Positions 9,940 to 18,788 of a stretch of DNA of 64,000 nt are shown here, one piece after another. The translations under genes and the position numbers were made by a program. Below the pieces are notes generated by a model. That model ran no database searches and was not told the origin of the DNA. It worked only from the letters and a program-made list of their open reading frames with translations. This DNA comes from an uncultured Acidobacteriota bacterium (lineage in GTDB: Bacteria > Acidobacteriota > Terriglobia > UBA7540): assembly GCA_963804995.1 (NCBI GenBank), contig CAWDSK010000006.1:1568001-1632000 (forward strand). The letters are read 5' to 3'. Each line of letters opens with the position of its first letter. The stretch's first letter is position 1.

Positions 9940-12009
9940 GCGCGCGGTGTAAGGCAAACTTTTGAGTTCCTCTTCTTCGGGAATCTGTTGCTGGTGTATA
10001 GAGGTTTCCGGGTCCGAACCGAAAAGAGCTTGCACTGAACCGGGAGGGGTAGTGCCGTCCGTGCGCGCCAGGCGAGGCTTTTTCGCTTCGAGGTCAGGCG
10101 AAAAATCTCGTCCGGCGAAGGCCAGCAAGTACCGCGTCTCACGCCAGGGACGGTAGGACCGTTTGATGTAGATTACCAGGCGCTCCTTGAGCTCTGCGCA
10201 CACTTTCTGTCCTTCCGGCGTAGAGGCGAGGTTTATTTGCTCTGAGGGGTCCGTCCTCCAGTGATAGAGTCGCGTGCGATTCTCACTGGGCGTGTAGATG
10301 AAGTGCCAATCGTCTGTCGTCAAACTGATCATTCCGTGGGGGCCGGAGGCAGGGAAAGGATCAAGGACCTCTGAAATCATTGCGTGGTCCCGATTCTCAC
10401 CCTGGTACCCAGCAGGCGTCCAGAACCGGCGCAAGCTTGTCCGATCAAAAAGGGGACCGTGTAAACCCGCCATTTCCATCACTGTCGCAAAGAGCTGCCG
10501 GGTTTGAACCACGTTGGAAATGCGCACCCCCTCTGGAATTCCCGGACCTGCGATGATGAGCGGGACGTGAAGCTCCTCGCGATAAAGGTCGAATCCGTGG
10601 CCGTAGCTATCGTGTTCGCCAAACGCCTCGCCGTGATCCGAGGTGAGAATAACGTAGGTGTTGGACCATTCCGGGGTGCTGGAAAGAGTATGCAGAAGGT
10701 CCTCCAACTGAGCGTCCATGTAATTCAGGCAATTGTCATAGGCGGCGATAACGCCCTCCCGCTCGCGCGGAGGAAAATACAGCCGTCCGAGTTTGGCCCT
10801 TTCTATCATATCGTTCGTTTGCTTATCGGTTTGCTCAGAAAAAAGGTGATTGTAGGGGGCAGGGACCTGGTAGGGCCTGTGCCCATCAATGTAGTTGACG
10901 TAGAGAAAGTAAGGGCGGTTATAGCGTTGCTCAAGCCAGCCCTTAATCTCTTGATTAATATATCGCGCACTGGCCTTATTGGGGCTACGGACACCGAACC
11001 ACGAAGGGCCATATTCGTCGGATAAAGTGCGGCCGAGAACGGAGGCACCCAAGTTGTAACCAAACGTCTCCGTGCTGTCCACATAGGTTTCGAAGCCTTG
11101 TGCCAGACCCCAGGTAGGTAGCCCATAATAAACGTTGCCACTAAAACCCGCCGTCTCGTAGCCGCGTGACGCAAGGATTTCCGCCAGCGTTCTCGGTCCA
11201 CCTCCTAAGGGTATATCGGAGCTCGCCCCGTGTTGGTGGGGCAGGAGACTGGTAAATATGGAGGCTATCGAGGGCAGCGTCCAGGACGAGGCCGAGTTAG
11301 CGTTCTCAAATAGCACGCCGCGCCGGGCAAGCTGGTCCAAATAAGGCGTGGTCTGGCGACGATAGCCATAGGAAGACAAATGGTCAGCGCGAGTTGTGTC
11401 CCACACAATCAGAATAATGTTGGGACCCGTCACGCTGCTGGCAGCATTCGCTTTGGCGCCTCCCCTAGGGTGGTAGAACCTATTGAGGGTCACTCCGGCT
11501 ACGAGAATGACTAAGCTTAGAGACACTCCCCAAGCCCACGACCGTAGCGGTATCTTCTCCAGAGCCCCGAACTCGGAACCCTGTTTTCTCGTTGCCCAGA
11601 GCATGAGCAAATTCCACGTAAAGATTGTTCCAAAGCAGATTTCTGGCGTCATGTAGGGATGCAGGACAATAAACCAGGGGCTTCCTTGCTGCGAAAACTG
11701 GAGCGCCCACCCAAAATAGGCGCCCGAGAGACCAAGAAGGGTTGCGACCAGAAACTTGACGATGAAGGGGTGCCGAAACCATGCGCCAAGAAGGCCTATG
11801 ATCAGGCCGAGTACCCCAAATGCCAGACAGGTCAGGAGAGGCGCTAAGAACCAAAAGAGCGGGGTTACAGCAGGCTTGTGAAAAAGTAAAGGTGCGTCTG
11901 TGAAATGCAAGAATGCAGCTTCAATGAGCCCGACGACAATCCCCACACTTGCACCCAGCAGGGTAGTTCTGCATATGACTCTTCTGAGACGGGCAAGTAT
12001 GGTTTCCAT
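9937..12009 (-). CDS. Membrane-anchored sulfatase-fold hydrolase/transferase (paralog 1)
   Basis: N-terminal TMs, then PNIILIVWDTTRADHL, SSWTLPSIAS and TSDHGEAFGEH motifs. Confidence 0.85.
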   Translation of the reverse strand: METILARLRRVICRTTLLGASVGIVVGLIEAAFLHFTDAPLLFHKPAVTPLFWFLAPLLTCLAFGVLGLIIGLLGAWFRHPFIVKFLVATLLGLSGAYFGWALQFSQQGSPWFIVLHPYMTPEICFGTIFTWNLLMLWATRKQGSEFGALEKIPLRSWAWGVSLSLVILVAGVTLNRFYHPRGGAKANAASSVTGPNIILIVWDTTRADHLSSYGYRRQTTPYLDQLARRGVLFENANSASSWTLPSIASIFTSLLPHQHGASSDIPLGGGPRTLAEILASRGYETAGFSGNVYYGLPTWGLAQGFETYVDSTETFGYNLGASVLGRTLSDEYGPSWFGVRSPNKASARYINQEIKGWLEQRYNRPYFLYVNYIDGHRPYQVPAPYNHLFSEQTDKQTNDMIERAKLGRLYFPPREREGVIAAYDNCLNYMDAQLEDLLHTLSSTPEWSNTYVILTSDHGEAFGEHDSYGHGFDLYREELHVPLIIAGPGIPEGVRISNVVQTRQLFATVMEMAGLHGPLFDRTSLRRFWTPAGYQGENRDHAMISEVLDPFPASGPHGMISLTTDDWHFIYTPSENRTRLYHWRTDPSEQINLASTPEGQKVCAELKERLVIYIKRSYRPWRETRYLLAFAGRDFSPDLEAKKPRLARTDGTTPPGSVQALFGSDPETSIHQQQIPEEEELKSLPYTAR

Positions 12010-12106
12010 ACTCTAACGTTTTCCGGACGGGGAAACCTTTCCTTCAAGTGACCCAATTCACCGTTCGGATTTCGGAATCTTCAGTAGTCCCCTCAGCCCA
12101 AACCGC

Positions 12107-12332
12107 TAGTGTCGTGTCTCAGAAGTTCGCCGACAAAGTCTCACTGGGTTCAAAGGCGACCCCCTCACCCCCGGCCCCTCTCCCCCAAAGGGGCGAGGGG
12201 AGAGTTAATCTGAATTTGTCGCCCTCGCCCCTTTGGGGGAGAGGGTGGCCCGCCACCGGCGTTTTCATCAGCCGGGGCGGGACGGGTGAGGGGGTTCTCT
12301 AATAATCAGCGAACTTCTGAGACACGACACTA
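12107..12332. mobile_element. MITE with IS630-like ends; empty site present at 15084-15087
   Basis: TIR TAGTGTCGTGTCTCAGAAGTTCGC...GCGAACTTCTGAGACACGACACTA; the paralogous region reads cagcccaaatcaCTAGctgcgggagg with no insert. Confidence 0.9.
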
Positions 12333-12426
12333 GCTGCGGGAGGAGCCCTCGAGACGAAACTTATAAAGGCAACCTCCGGCAGGCCCCAACAGACTGTGCA
12401 AACCTTGTACCAATCGGTACATTATT

Positions 12427-12640
12427 GGTTTCTCAAAGAGCCCCTCGGGAATCACACCGCCAAGAAGCATTGTAACTCCGCAGAATCAAGGAGATAGACG
12501 TTGTTTTCCCCCCGTAGCACAGCCCTGTAAATATCCTACGTCACGACCTGGGAAGAGGCCACGGGGAACAATTTTTGTCGCTCATAGGTCAAACGAGTGT
12601 CAACGAGTTCTGGTTTCCCGGTGATTACCCAACTTCCTCA
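12427..12640 (-). pseudogene. Degenerate copy of the 3' end of the SDR (dprE2-like) gene
   Basis: Colinear with ~15666-15870 (for example gaacaatttttg.cgc, cgagtgtc, ggtttc.cggtgat). Confidence 0.7.
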
Positions 12641-12665
12641 AACCCCCGGGTAGATAAATCCGGGT

Positions 12666-12901
12666 TAGTGTGGTGTCCCGGTTAATATTTGCCAAGGCTG
12701 TCCGACCCCCTCACCCCCCAGCCCCTCTCCCCCAAAGGGGCGAGGGGAGAGTTAATTCTCTTGCCCTCGCCCCTTTGGGGGAGAGGGTGGCTGGGCGAGG
12801 CGTTCTCATCAGCCGAGGCCAGAAGGGGGCCCCACGTTCTGCTTGTCGTGGGGGTGAGGGGGTTCTACCCATTGTCAACTCTAACTCGGGACACCACACT
12901 A
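12666..12901. mobile_element. MITE, inverted copy of 9731..9939 with an extra internal hairpin
   Basis: Same TIR and interior in reverse orientation; abuts the stop codon of 12899..14974. Confidence 0.85.
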
Positions 12902-14974
12902 GGGCCCAGCTTCGCCATAAGGAAGGCTTCTGAGCAAATCTTCGTCAGGTTTCTCAGCCTTTGGAGTTTCCGGGTCTTGCGGAAAAAGGAGTTGCACGGC
13001 TCCGGCCCCCGGGGATAGCAGCGGAGCGCCCGGAGTTGCTTGACGCGGATGATGGGCCCCGATAAGGCTCAGGATACCGGGTTGGGAGAGCGCCAGCAGG
13101 TAGCGGGGATCGCGCCATGGCCCGTTCGACCTCTCGACGGTGGAGATCAAGGCGCTCTTCAGGTGGTCCACGATGGCCTGGTTTCCCGGTTGTTCCGCAA
13201 CATCCTGTTGCTCCACGGGGTCCGTGGGCCAATGGTAAAGCTGGCTGCGCTGTTGGCCGGCGCGGTAAATCAACTGCCACTCGCGGGTGGTAACACTTAT
13301 CATGCCCTGCGGTGACGGCCCTTCCGTGGCATCGATGACCTCTGACAGCGTGGGCTCATCCGGATTGTCCACTTGGTATCCGGGGATCCAGAAGCGGCTC
13401 AAGCTTGTCCGTTCAAAGAGGGGACCGCGTAAACCTGCCATCTCCAGCACCGTCGAAAAGAGCCGCCGTGTTTGAACCACGTCGGAAACGCGCACCCCCG
13501 TGGGAACTCCCGGGCCGGCAATGATCAGCGGGACGCGCAACGCCTCGCGATGCAGGTCCCATCCGTGGCCGTAGATGCCGTGTTCGCCAAACGCCTCGCC
13601 GTGATCCGAGGTGAAGATAACGTAGGTGTTGGACCATTCCGGGGTGCCGGAAAGGAAACGCAGGAGGTCCCCCAACTGTGCGTCCATGTAATGAAGACAA
13701 TTGTCATAGCCGGAGATGAGGCCCTCCCGCTGTGCCGGGGGAATGCGCACCCGCCCGAGTTTCGCCGTTTCCACCCTGTCGCTCGCGCGCTTGTCGGATT
13801 GCCCGTAGAGCTGATTGTAGGGGGCGGGAACCTGGTAGGGCCCGTGCGCATCCATGTAGTTGACAAACAGGAAGTAGGGCCGGTTGGAGCGATGCCCCAG
13901 CCAGCCATAGACCTGCTGGTTAATATACTCGGCGCTGACCATATTAGAGCGAATAATACCGAACCACTGATTACCGTAATGTTGGACAATATCGCGCCCC
14001 AGGACGGAGGCATCCAGGTTGTAACCGAAGGTCCCCCGGCCGTCCACATAGGTCTGGAAGCCTTGCGCCAATCCCCACTCGGAGAGCCCAAAATAAGTGT
14101 TGGCGTTGAAGCCCGCAGTCTCGTACCCGCGGGATGCCAGGATTTCCGCCAGGGTTCGCGGTCCCCCTCCCAACGGTATATCCGCGCTCGCCCCATGTTG
14201 ATGGGGCAGGAGGCTGGTGAACATTGAGGCCATCGAGGGCAGCGTCCAGGACGAGGCCGAGGTGGCGTTCTCAAACAGCACACCGCGCCGGGCAAGCTGG
14301 TCTGCGTAAGGCGTGGTTTGGCGATGATAGCCGTAGGAAGACACATGGTCGGCGCGGGTCGTGTCCCACACGATCAGGATGATATTCGGACCGGGCACGG
14401 CGGTGGCGGCATCCGCTTTAGAAGTTTCCGCAGGGTGGTACAAGGTGCCCACGGCGGTCCCGGTCACCAGAATTGCCAGGACTGCGGACGCCACGCGAGC
14501 CCAGGAGCGCAAGGGAATCCGCTCGAGCGCCCCGAACTGAAACCCCTGTTTCCTGGTTGCCACGAAGGCGAGCAGAGTCCACGCCAGAAGCGCGCAAAGC
14601 TGTATTTCCGGCGTGAGGTAACGCTTCATCACAATAAACCAGGGGCTGGCTTGCTGCGAAAATTCCAGTACCGATCCCAGATAAGCCCCCGCCAAACCGA
14701 CCACCATAACGTTCAGAACCATCCCGATATAACGGTTTGGAATCCAACCGGCAAGAAAGGAGGTGAGTAAACCAAGCGTTCCGAAAGCCACCAGGGTCAG
14801 AAGAGGTGCAAGGAACCAAAAAACTGCTGTTACGTGCGGTTTCTGAAGGAATAGAGGTATGTCCGTAAGCCGCATGCAGGCAGCTTCCACGAGCCCAACC
14901 AGAAAGCCCACACTTGCCCCCAGCAGCGTAGTTCTGCACATGACCCTTCTGAAATGGGCAAGTCTGGTTACCAT
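12899..14974 (-). CDS. Membrane-anchored sulfatase-fold hydrolase/transferase (paralog 2)
   Basis: Colinear with paralog 1; PNIILIVWDTTRADH, SSWTLPSMAS, TSDHGEAFGEH; start chosen by alignment with paralog 1. Confidence 0.85.
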   Translation of the reverse strand: MVTRLAHFRRVMCRTTLLGASVGFLVGLVEAACMRLTDIPLFLQKPHVTAVFWFLAPLLTLVAFGTLGLLTSFLAGWIPNRYIGMVLNVMVVGLAGAYLGSVLEFSQQASPWFIVMKRYLTPEIQLCALLAWTLLAFVATRKQGFQFGALERIPLRSWARVASAVLAILVTGTAVGTLYHPAETSKADAATAVPGPNIILIVWDTTRADHVSSYGYHRQTTPYADQLARRGVLFENATSASSWTLPSMASMFTSLLPHQHGASADIPLGGGPRTLAEILASRGYETAGFNANTYFGLSEWGLAQGFQTYVDGRGTFGYNLDASVLGRDIVQHYGNQWFGIIRSNMVSAEYINQQVYGWLGHRSNRPYFLFVNYMDAHGPYQVPAPYNQLYGQSDKRASDRVETAKLGRVRIPPAQREGLISGYDNCLHYMDAQLGDLLRFLSGTPEWSNTYVIFTSDHGEAFGEHGIYGHGWDLHREALRVPLIIAGPGVPTGVRVSDVVQTRRLFSTVLEMAGLRGPLFERTSLSRFWIPGYQVDNPDEPTLSEVIDATEGPSPQGMISVTTREWQLIYRAGQQRSQLYHWPTDPVEQQDVAEQPGNQAIVDHLKSALISTVERSNGPWRDPRYLLALSQPGILSLIGAHHPRQATPGAPLLSPGAGAVQLLFPQDPETPKAEKPDEDLLRSLPYGEAGP

Positions 14975-15177
14975 ATTCGACGTTTGCGGGATGAGCGAAC
15001 CTTCCCTCCGAGTGATCCTAGCCACCCATCCGATTTCGGAATCTCCCTAAGCATCCCTTCTGTAAGTCCCTCAGCCCAAATCACTAGCTGCGGGAGGAGC
15101 TCTCAAGACAACACTTTTGGGCACCGTCGCCGACAGGCCCCAGCATCGCAAGCAGACCCAGTGCCAAGGGTTAAATC

Positions 15178-15380
15178 ATAAGTTTCTTAAAGAATCTCTT
15201 GAGGATCGCACCGACCGAGGGCATTATAACTCTCCAAGCGCATGGAGGATAAATTTTTTTTACCCTCAGCAAAAGCGGTAGATACCTCACGCCAAGACTT
15301 AGTTAGAAACTCCTAAGAACAATTTTTGCCGCTCTTTTATCATACGAGTGTCAATGGATCCAGGTTTCACCGTGATGACC
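15178..15380 (-). pseudogene. Second degenerate copy of the SDR 3' end
   Basis: Shares agtttctt.aaga, atcgcaccgacc, ctaagaacaatttttgccgc and atccaggtttcac.gtgat with 15666-15870. Confidence 0.8.
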
Positions 15381-15398
15381 CCAACCCCTTTATCTTGT

Positions 15399-15575
15399 CA
15401 GCACCACCCCGTCGCTCGGCGCGCCACCCCTCCTCATCTGAGGCAGGGAGCCTTAAAGCGGAACTCCCCTCCTGATTTAGGAGGGGTGGCGCGCCGAGCG
15501 ACGGGGTGGTTACCGGCAGCGCTCCGAGCGCCAGGGTGGTTACCGGCGGTACCCCGGGGGCCGGGGGGGTTGTGC
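15399..15575. repeat. REP-like palindromic element (CACCACCCCG...GCGCCACCCCTCCT...AGGAGGGGTGGCGC)
   Basis: Internal inverted repeats; related copy at 52604-52720. Confidence 0.7.
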
Positions 15576-15657
15576 GACCCTGCCCGGCCCTGAATCCACA
15601 AGTATTGGGCACGCCTCGGTGTCACCGCTGGTTAGCCGGCAAGTGCCATGTCAACAA

Positions 15658-16398
15658 TTACATATGAAGTTTCTTGAAGAGTCTTTCGGGAATCGCACCG
15701 ACCAGGAGCATTATCACTCCCCAAAACCAGGGAAGATAAACAGTGTTCTTTCCCCGCAGCACGGCCCCGTAGATACCCCGCGCCACGGCCTGGGGAGAGG
15801 CGACTAAGAACAATTTTTGCCGCCCATATATCATTCGAGTGTCGACGAATCCAGGTTTCACGGTGATCACTTTAACTCCGGCGTGGTAAAGCCGGTTACG
15901 CAGGCCCTGAAGATAAGTCGTCAGGCCGCCCTTGGCCGAGCCATACAGGTAATTGCTCTGGCGGCCGCGGTCGCCGGCCACGGAAGAAATTGCGCAGATA
16001 AATCCCTGGCGCTTCTGCTCAAAGTGATTGGCAAGCACGTTGAGGGCGAGGACGGAGCCGGTAAAGTTTGTGTCCAGAATTCGGCGCGCTTCGGCGAGAT
16101 TGTCTTGCGCCTGCGCCTGATCGCCCAAATAGCCGACGCACAGCACCGCTCCCCCGAGTGCACCTCCGGCTTGTGCCAGGCAGGCCTTCAGCGTAGATTC
16201 CATCCCGTCGAAGTCCAGCACATCGAAACTTTGGGCGTGGGCGCTCACCCCGTGGCGCAGGTTCAGATCCGCCGCGAGGGCTTGCAGTTCTTCAAGGTCG
16301 CGGCCGGCCAGGATAAGATCGTAGCGGTGCGAGGCGAACTCCGCCGCCAGGGCCCGGCCAATGCCCGAAGTCGCACCCAGGATCAGAACAGTAGGCAT
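15658..16398 (-). CDS. SDR oxidoreductase, DprE2-like
   Basis: LILGATSGIG, SSVAGDRGRQSNYLYGSAKGG and VKPGFVDT motifs; follows the DprE1-like gene. Confidence 0.8.
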   Translation of the reverse strand: MPTVLILGATSGIGRALAAEFASHRYDLILAGRDLEELQALAADLNLRHGVSAHAQSFDVLDFDGMESTLKACLAQAGGALGGAVLCVGYLGDQAQAQDNLAEARRILDTNFTGSVLALNVLANHFEQKRQGFICAISSVAGDRGRQSNYLYGSAKGGLTTYLQGLRNRLYHAGVKVITVKPGFVDTRMIYGRQKLFLVASPQAVARGIYGAVLRGKNTVYLPWFWGVIMLLVGAIPERLFKKLHM

Positions 16399-16411
16399 AA
16401 GAGTACCTTTT

Positions 16412-16558
16412 GGATTGCCGATTTTCGATTGTCGATTTTCGATTGTCGATTGATGTAGAGGCGGCGGCATTCATCCCGATCTGATCGGGACGCCGCCATA
16501 TGGCGAGGTAAACTCGCCGCTACGTCAATCGGAAATCGTCAATCGAAAATCGACAATC
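16412..16558. repeat. Inverted heptamer arrays (GATTGTC/GATTTTC) enclosing a GTAG-REP pair
   Basis: Left array 16412-16453, right rc array 16525-16558; inner 25-mer is the exact reverse complement of 38004-38028. Confidence 0.8.
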
Positions 16559-17915
16559 AAACAATCCCCACCCTCCGCGCCTGCGAGGACGACATCAGCC
16601 TTTGCGGGTCCAATTTGCGCTGCATGCTTCGAAACTCCTCGAGTTTGGGATACATGACCGCAAAATCCGCAGCGCGCACGACGGCGTCTTTTGCCAGGTA
16701 AATCCTGCCCCCGTGATCCAAAGTCATGCGGTTGAGCTCGTGCAGGAAGGGGCGAAGTCCCGAGGCCACGGGAATATCCAGGGCCAGGGTGTAACCGCGC
16801 AGTGGAAACGAAAGCAGGCCGGGGTCGCCATCGCCAAACCGTTTCAGGACCGCCAGGAACGAGGCGCGGCCGGAGCGGGCCAGCCGGTTGAGGATGGTGC
16901 GCAGGCCTTCCCTCCCACTCGCCTGGGGCAGCGCGATCTGGTACTGCACAAAGCCGCGCTTGCCGTACATCCGGTTCCACTGCAGGATCGCATCGAGGGG
17001 ATAGAAAAATTTCTCAAAGCTCACAAGCTGCTTCGCGACACTGCGGTGCAGAGCGTAGTAGGTGGCGTTAAATGCCTTCACGCTGAGGCTGTTCAAAGCC
17101 ATCGCAGGAAAATCAAAAGGAAGGTTCCAGCGGGGCCCGGCGGGGAAGGCAAGTGGAGCCCGAACGCGCTTCGGAAGCTCAGCCGCCGGGGCATGATTGC
17201 CGCGCATCAGAACGCTGCGGCCCATGGCTTGGCCAGTGGTGAGGCCGTCAATCCACGCCACGGAGTATTGGTAGCGCTCGTCAGACTCCTCCATCGTGAC
17301 CAGGGCGTCCTCGAGGTTCCGGGCCCGGTGATAGTCCACCCACACGAAGGCGGAATCAACTCGCCGCAGGTCGAGCCGGGCCGTCAGGATGGCGCCCGTC
17401 AGACCCATGCCGCCCACCGTGGCCCAGAAGATTTCGGCATGGGAGGTGGGAGAGCAGAGCAGAACTTCGCCCGTGGGAACCAGGAGTTGGAAATCCCGCA
17501 CAAAATTCGAAAAGGATCCATCCTTGTGGTGATTCTTGCCATGGATGTCGGCGGCGATGGCTCCGCCTACGGTCACGAACTTGGTCCCCGGCGTGACCGG
17601 CAGAAACCAGCCGCGCGGCAAAAAATACTGAATGATTTCCGCCAGGCTTACTCCGCTTTCACATTCAAGCACACCGGTGGAAGCGTCAAAGGCGAGAAAT
17701 CGGTTCAGTTGCCCATGCCCGATCACGCCCGTATTTTCATTGAGCGCCGCATCGCCATAACTGCGCCCCAGGCCGCGCGAAATGTAGGAGGGCTCAAGAC
17801 CTGACCCGAGCGTAGCGGCCACCTCACTGCGCTTCTCCGGCCGAAAGACGTGGCACGACTCCACCGGATATCGGCCCCAGCCGGAAAGCGCTTTGGTTTC
17901 GAATGTAGGGGACAT
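16557..17915 (-). CDS. FAD-binding oxidoreductase, DprE1-like
   Basis: LSGWGR, RGLGRSYGDAA, PVTPGTKFVTVGGAIAADIHGKNHH, WNRMYGKRGFVQYQ and GGRIYLAKD motifs. Confidence 0.88.
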   Translation of the reverse strand: MSPTFETKALSGWGRYPVESCHVFRPEKRSEVAATLGSGLEPSYISRGLGRSYGDAALNENTGVIGHGQLNRFLAFDASTGVLECESGVSLAEIIQYFLPRGWFLPVTPGTKFVTVGGAIAADIHGKNHHKDGSFSNFVRDFQLLVPTGEVLLCSPTSHAEIFWATVGGMGLTGAILTARLDLRRVDSAFVWVDYHRARNLEDALVTMEESDERYQYSVAWIDGLTTGQAMGRSVLMRGNHAPAAELPKRVRAPLAFPAGPRWNLPFDFPAMALNSLSVKAFNATYYALHRSVAKQLVSFEKFFYPLDAILQWNRMYGKRGFVQYQIALPQASGREGLRTILNRLARSGRASFLAVLKRFGDGDPGLLSFPLRGYTLALDIPVASGLRPFLHELNRMTLDHGGRIYLAKDAVVRAADFAVMYPKLEEFRSMQRKLDPQRLMSSSQARRVGIV

Positions 17916-17920
17916 GGGCA

Positions 17921-18010
17921 GTCAGCTATCAGCTTTCAGCTATCAGCTTTCAGCGGTCAGCGGTCAGCGGTCAGCTTTCAGCTCTCAGCTATCAGCTCTC
18001 AGCTCTCAGC
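17921..18010 (+). repeat. Heptamer array (TCAGCNN)n, about 13 units, downstream of the four-helix-bundle gene
   Basis: tcagcta/tcagctt/tcagcgg/tcagctc units. Confidence 0.9.
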
Positions 18011-18049
18011 GTGTTACACAGAGTCTCGTGCTTTCCGAGAAGTTGAAAT

Positions 18050-18270
18050 CATAGCCCTCTCCGAGGGGAGAGGGTGGACCGCCGCCGGCGTTCTCATCAG
18101 CCGGGGCGGGACGGGTGAGGGGTTACTTCACCACCCGATGCGCGGACCCGCACCCAAACAAGAACCATAGCCCTCTCCGAGGGGAGAGGGTGGACCGCCG
18201 CCGGCGTTTTCATCAGCCGGGGCGGGACGGGTGAGGGGTTACTTCACCACCCGATGAACGGACCCGCACC
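18050..18270 (+). repeat. Two tandem ~116-bp REP-like units (CCCTCTCCGAGGGGAGAGGG...GGGTGAGGGG)
   Basis: Near-identical direct repeats starting at 18050 and 18166; same core at ~32827-32900, ~33983-34055 (rc) and ~51487-51625. Confidence 0.88.
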
Positions 18271-18668
18271 TATCCCTCAGCTCTCAGCGGTCGCGCGCCG
18301 GCTTTCACTTTTCCCAGGAGGGTGGCGAGCATGCGCTTCACTTCGACAACGTCCTCTGTAAGTTGATGGAACACCTCATCATTAAGATAGCGCAGGTCAT
18401 GTGACAGGAGCAGATGGTATTCCAATTCGCTCGCTGAACCCATCGCCATCTGAAGGAATCGACCGAACTCCGGGTCGCCACCTCTGCCACAGCCTTCCGA
18501 AATGTTCGCAGGCACGGAACCAGCCGCGCGGCGCAACTGGCTCGTCAGGGTAAAGAGCTCCTCCTTTGGGAATTTCCGTGTCTCCTTGTATACGGCCAAG
18601 ACCAAGGCGTGACTCTTCTCCCAGACCTTGAGGTTCTTGAAATCCTGTATCGCGATCCCCCAATGCAT
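18270..18668 (-). CDS. Four-helix-bundle protein (23S rRNA IVS protein / Avd-like fold family)
   Basis: QDFKNLKVWEKSH, FPKEELFTLTSQLRRAAGSVPANISEGCGR and FLQMAMGSASELEY motifs. Confidence 0.9.
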   Translation of the reverse strand: MHWGIAIQDFKNLKVWEKSHALVLAVYKETRKFPKEELFTLTSQLRRAAGSVPANISEGCGRGGDPEFGRFLQMAMGSASELEYHLLLSHDLRYLNDEVFHQLTEDVVEVKRMLATLLGKVKAGARPLRAEG

Positions 18669-18693
18669 TGACCTCGAACGGACAATGTAACCA

Positions 18694-18788
18694 AGCTGAA
18701 AGCTGAGAGCTTATAGCTGAAAGCTGAAAGCTGATAGCTGAAAGCTGATAGCTGATAGCTGATAGCTGAAAGCTGATAGCTGATAGCT
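18694..18788 (-). repeat. Heptamer array (AGCTGAW)n, about 13 units, inverted relative to 17921-18010
   Basis: agctgaa/agctgat units. Confidence 0.9.

Noticed and set aside
9582..13018. Short ORFs such as ...PSPLWGRG... (9582..10142, 12048..12302, 12670..13018)
   Set aside because: Translations of MITE/REP sequence, not genes.
17921..18788. CRISPR array
   Set aside because: Tandem 7-mers and near-identical 116-bp units with no unique spacers; no cas genes in the window.
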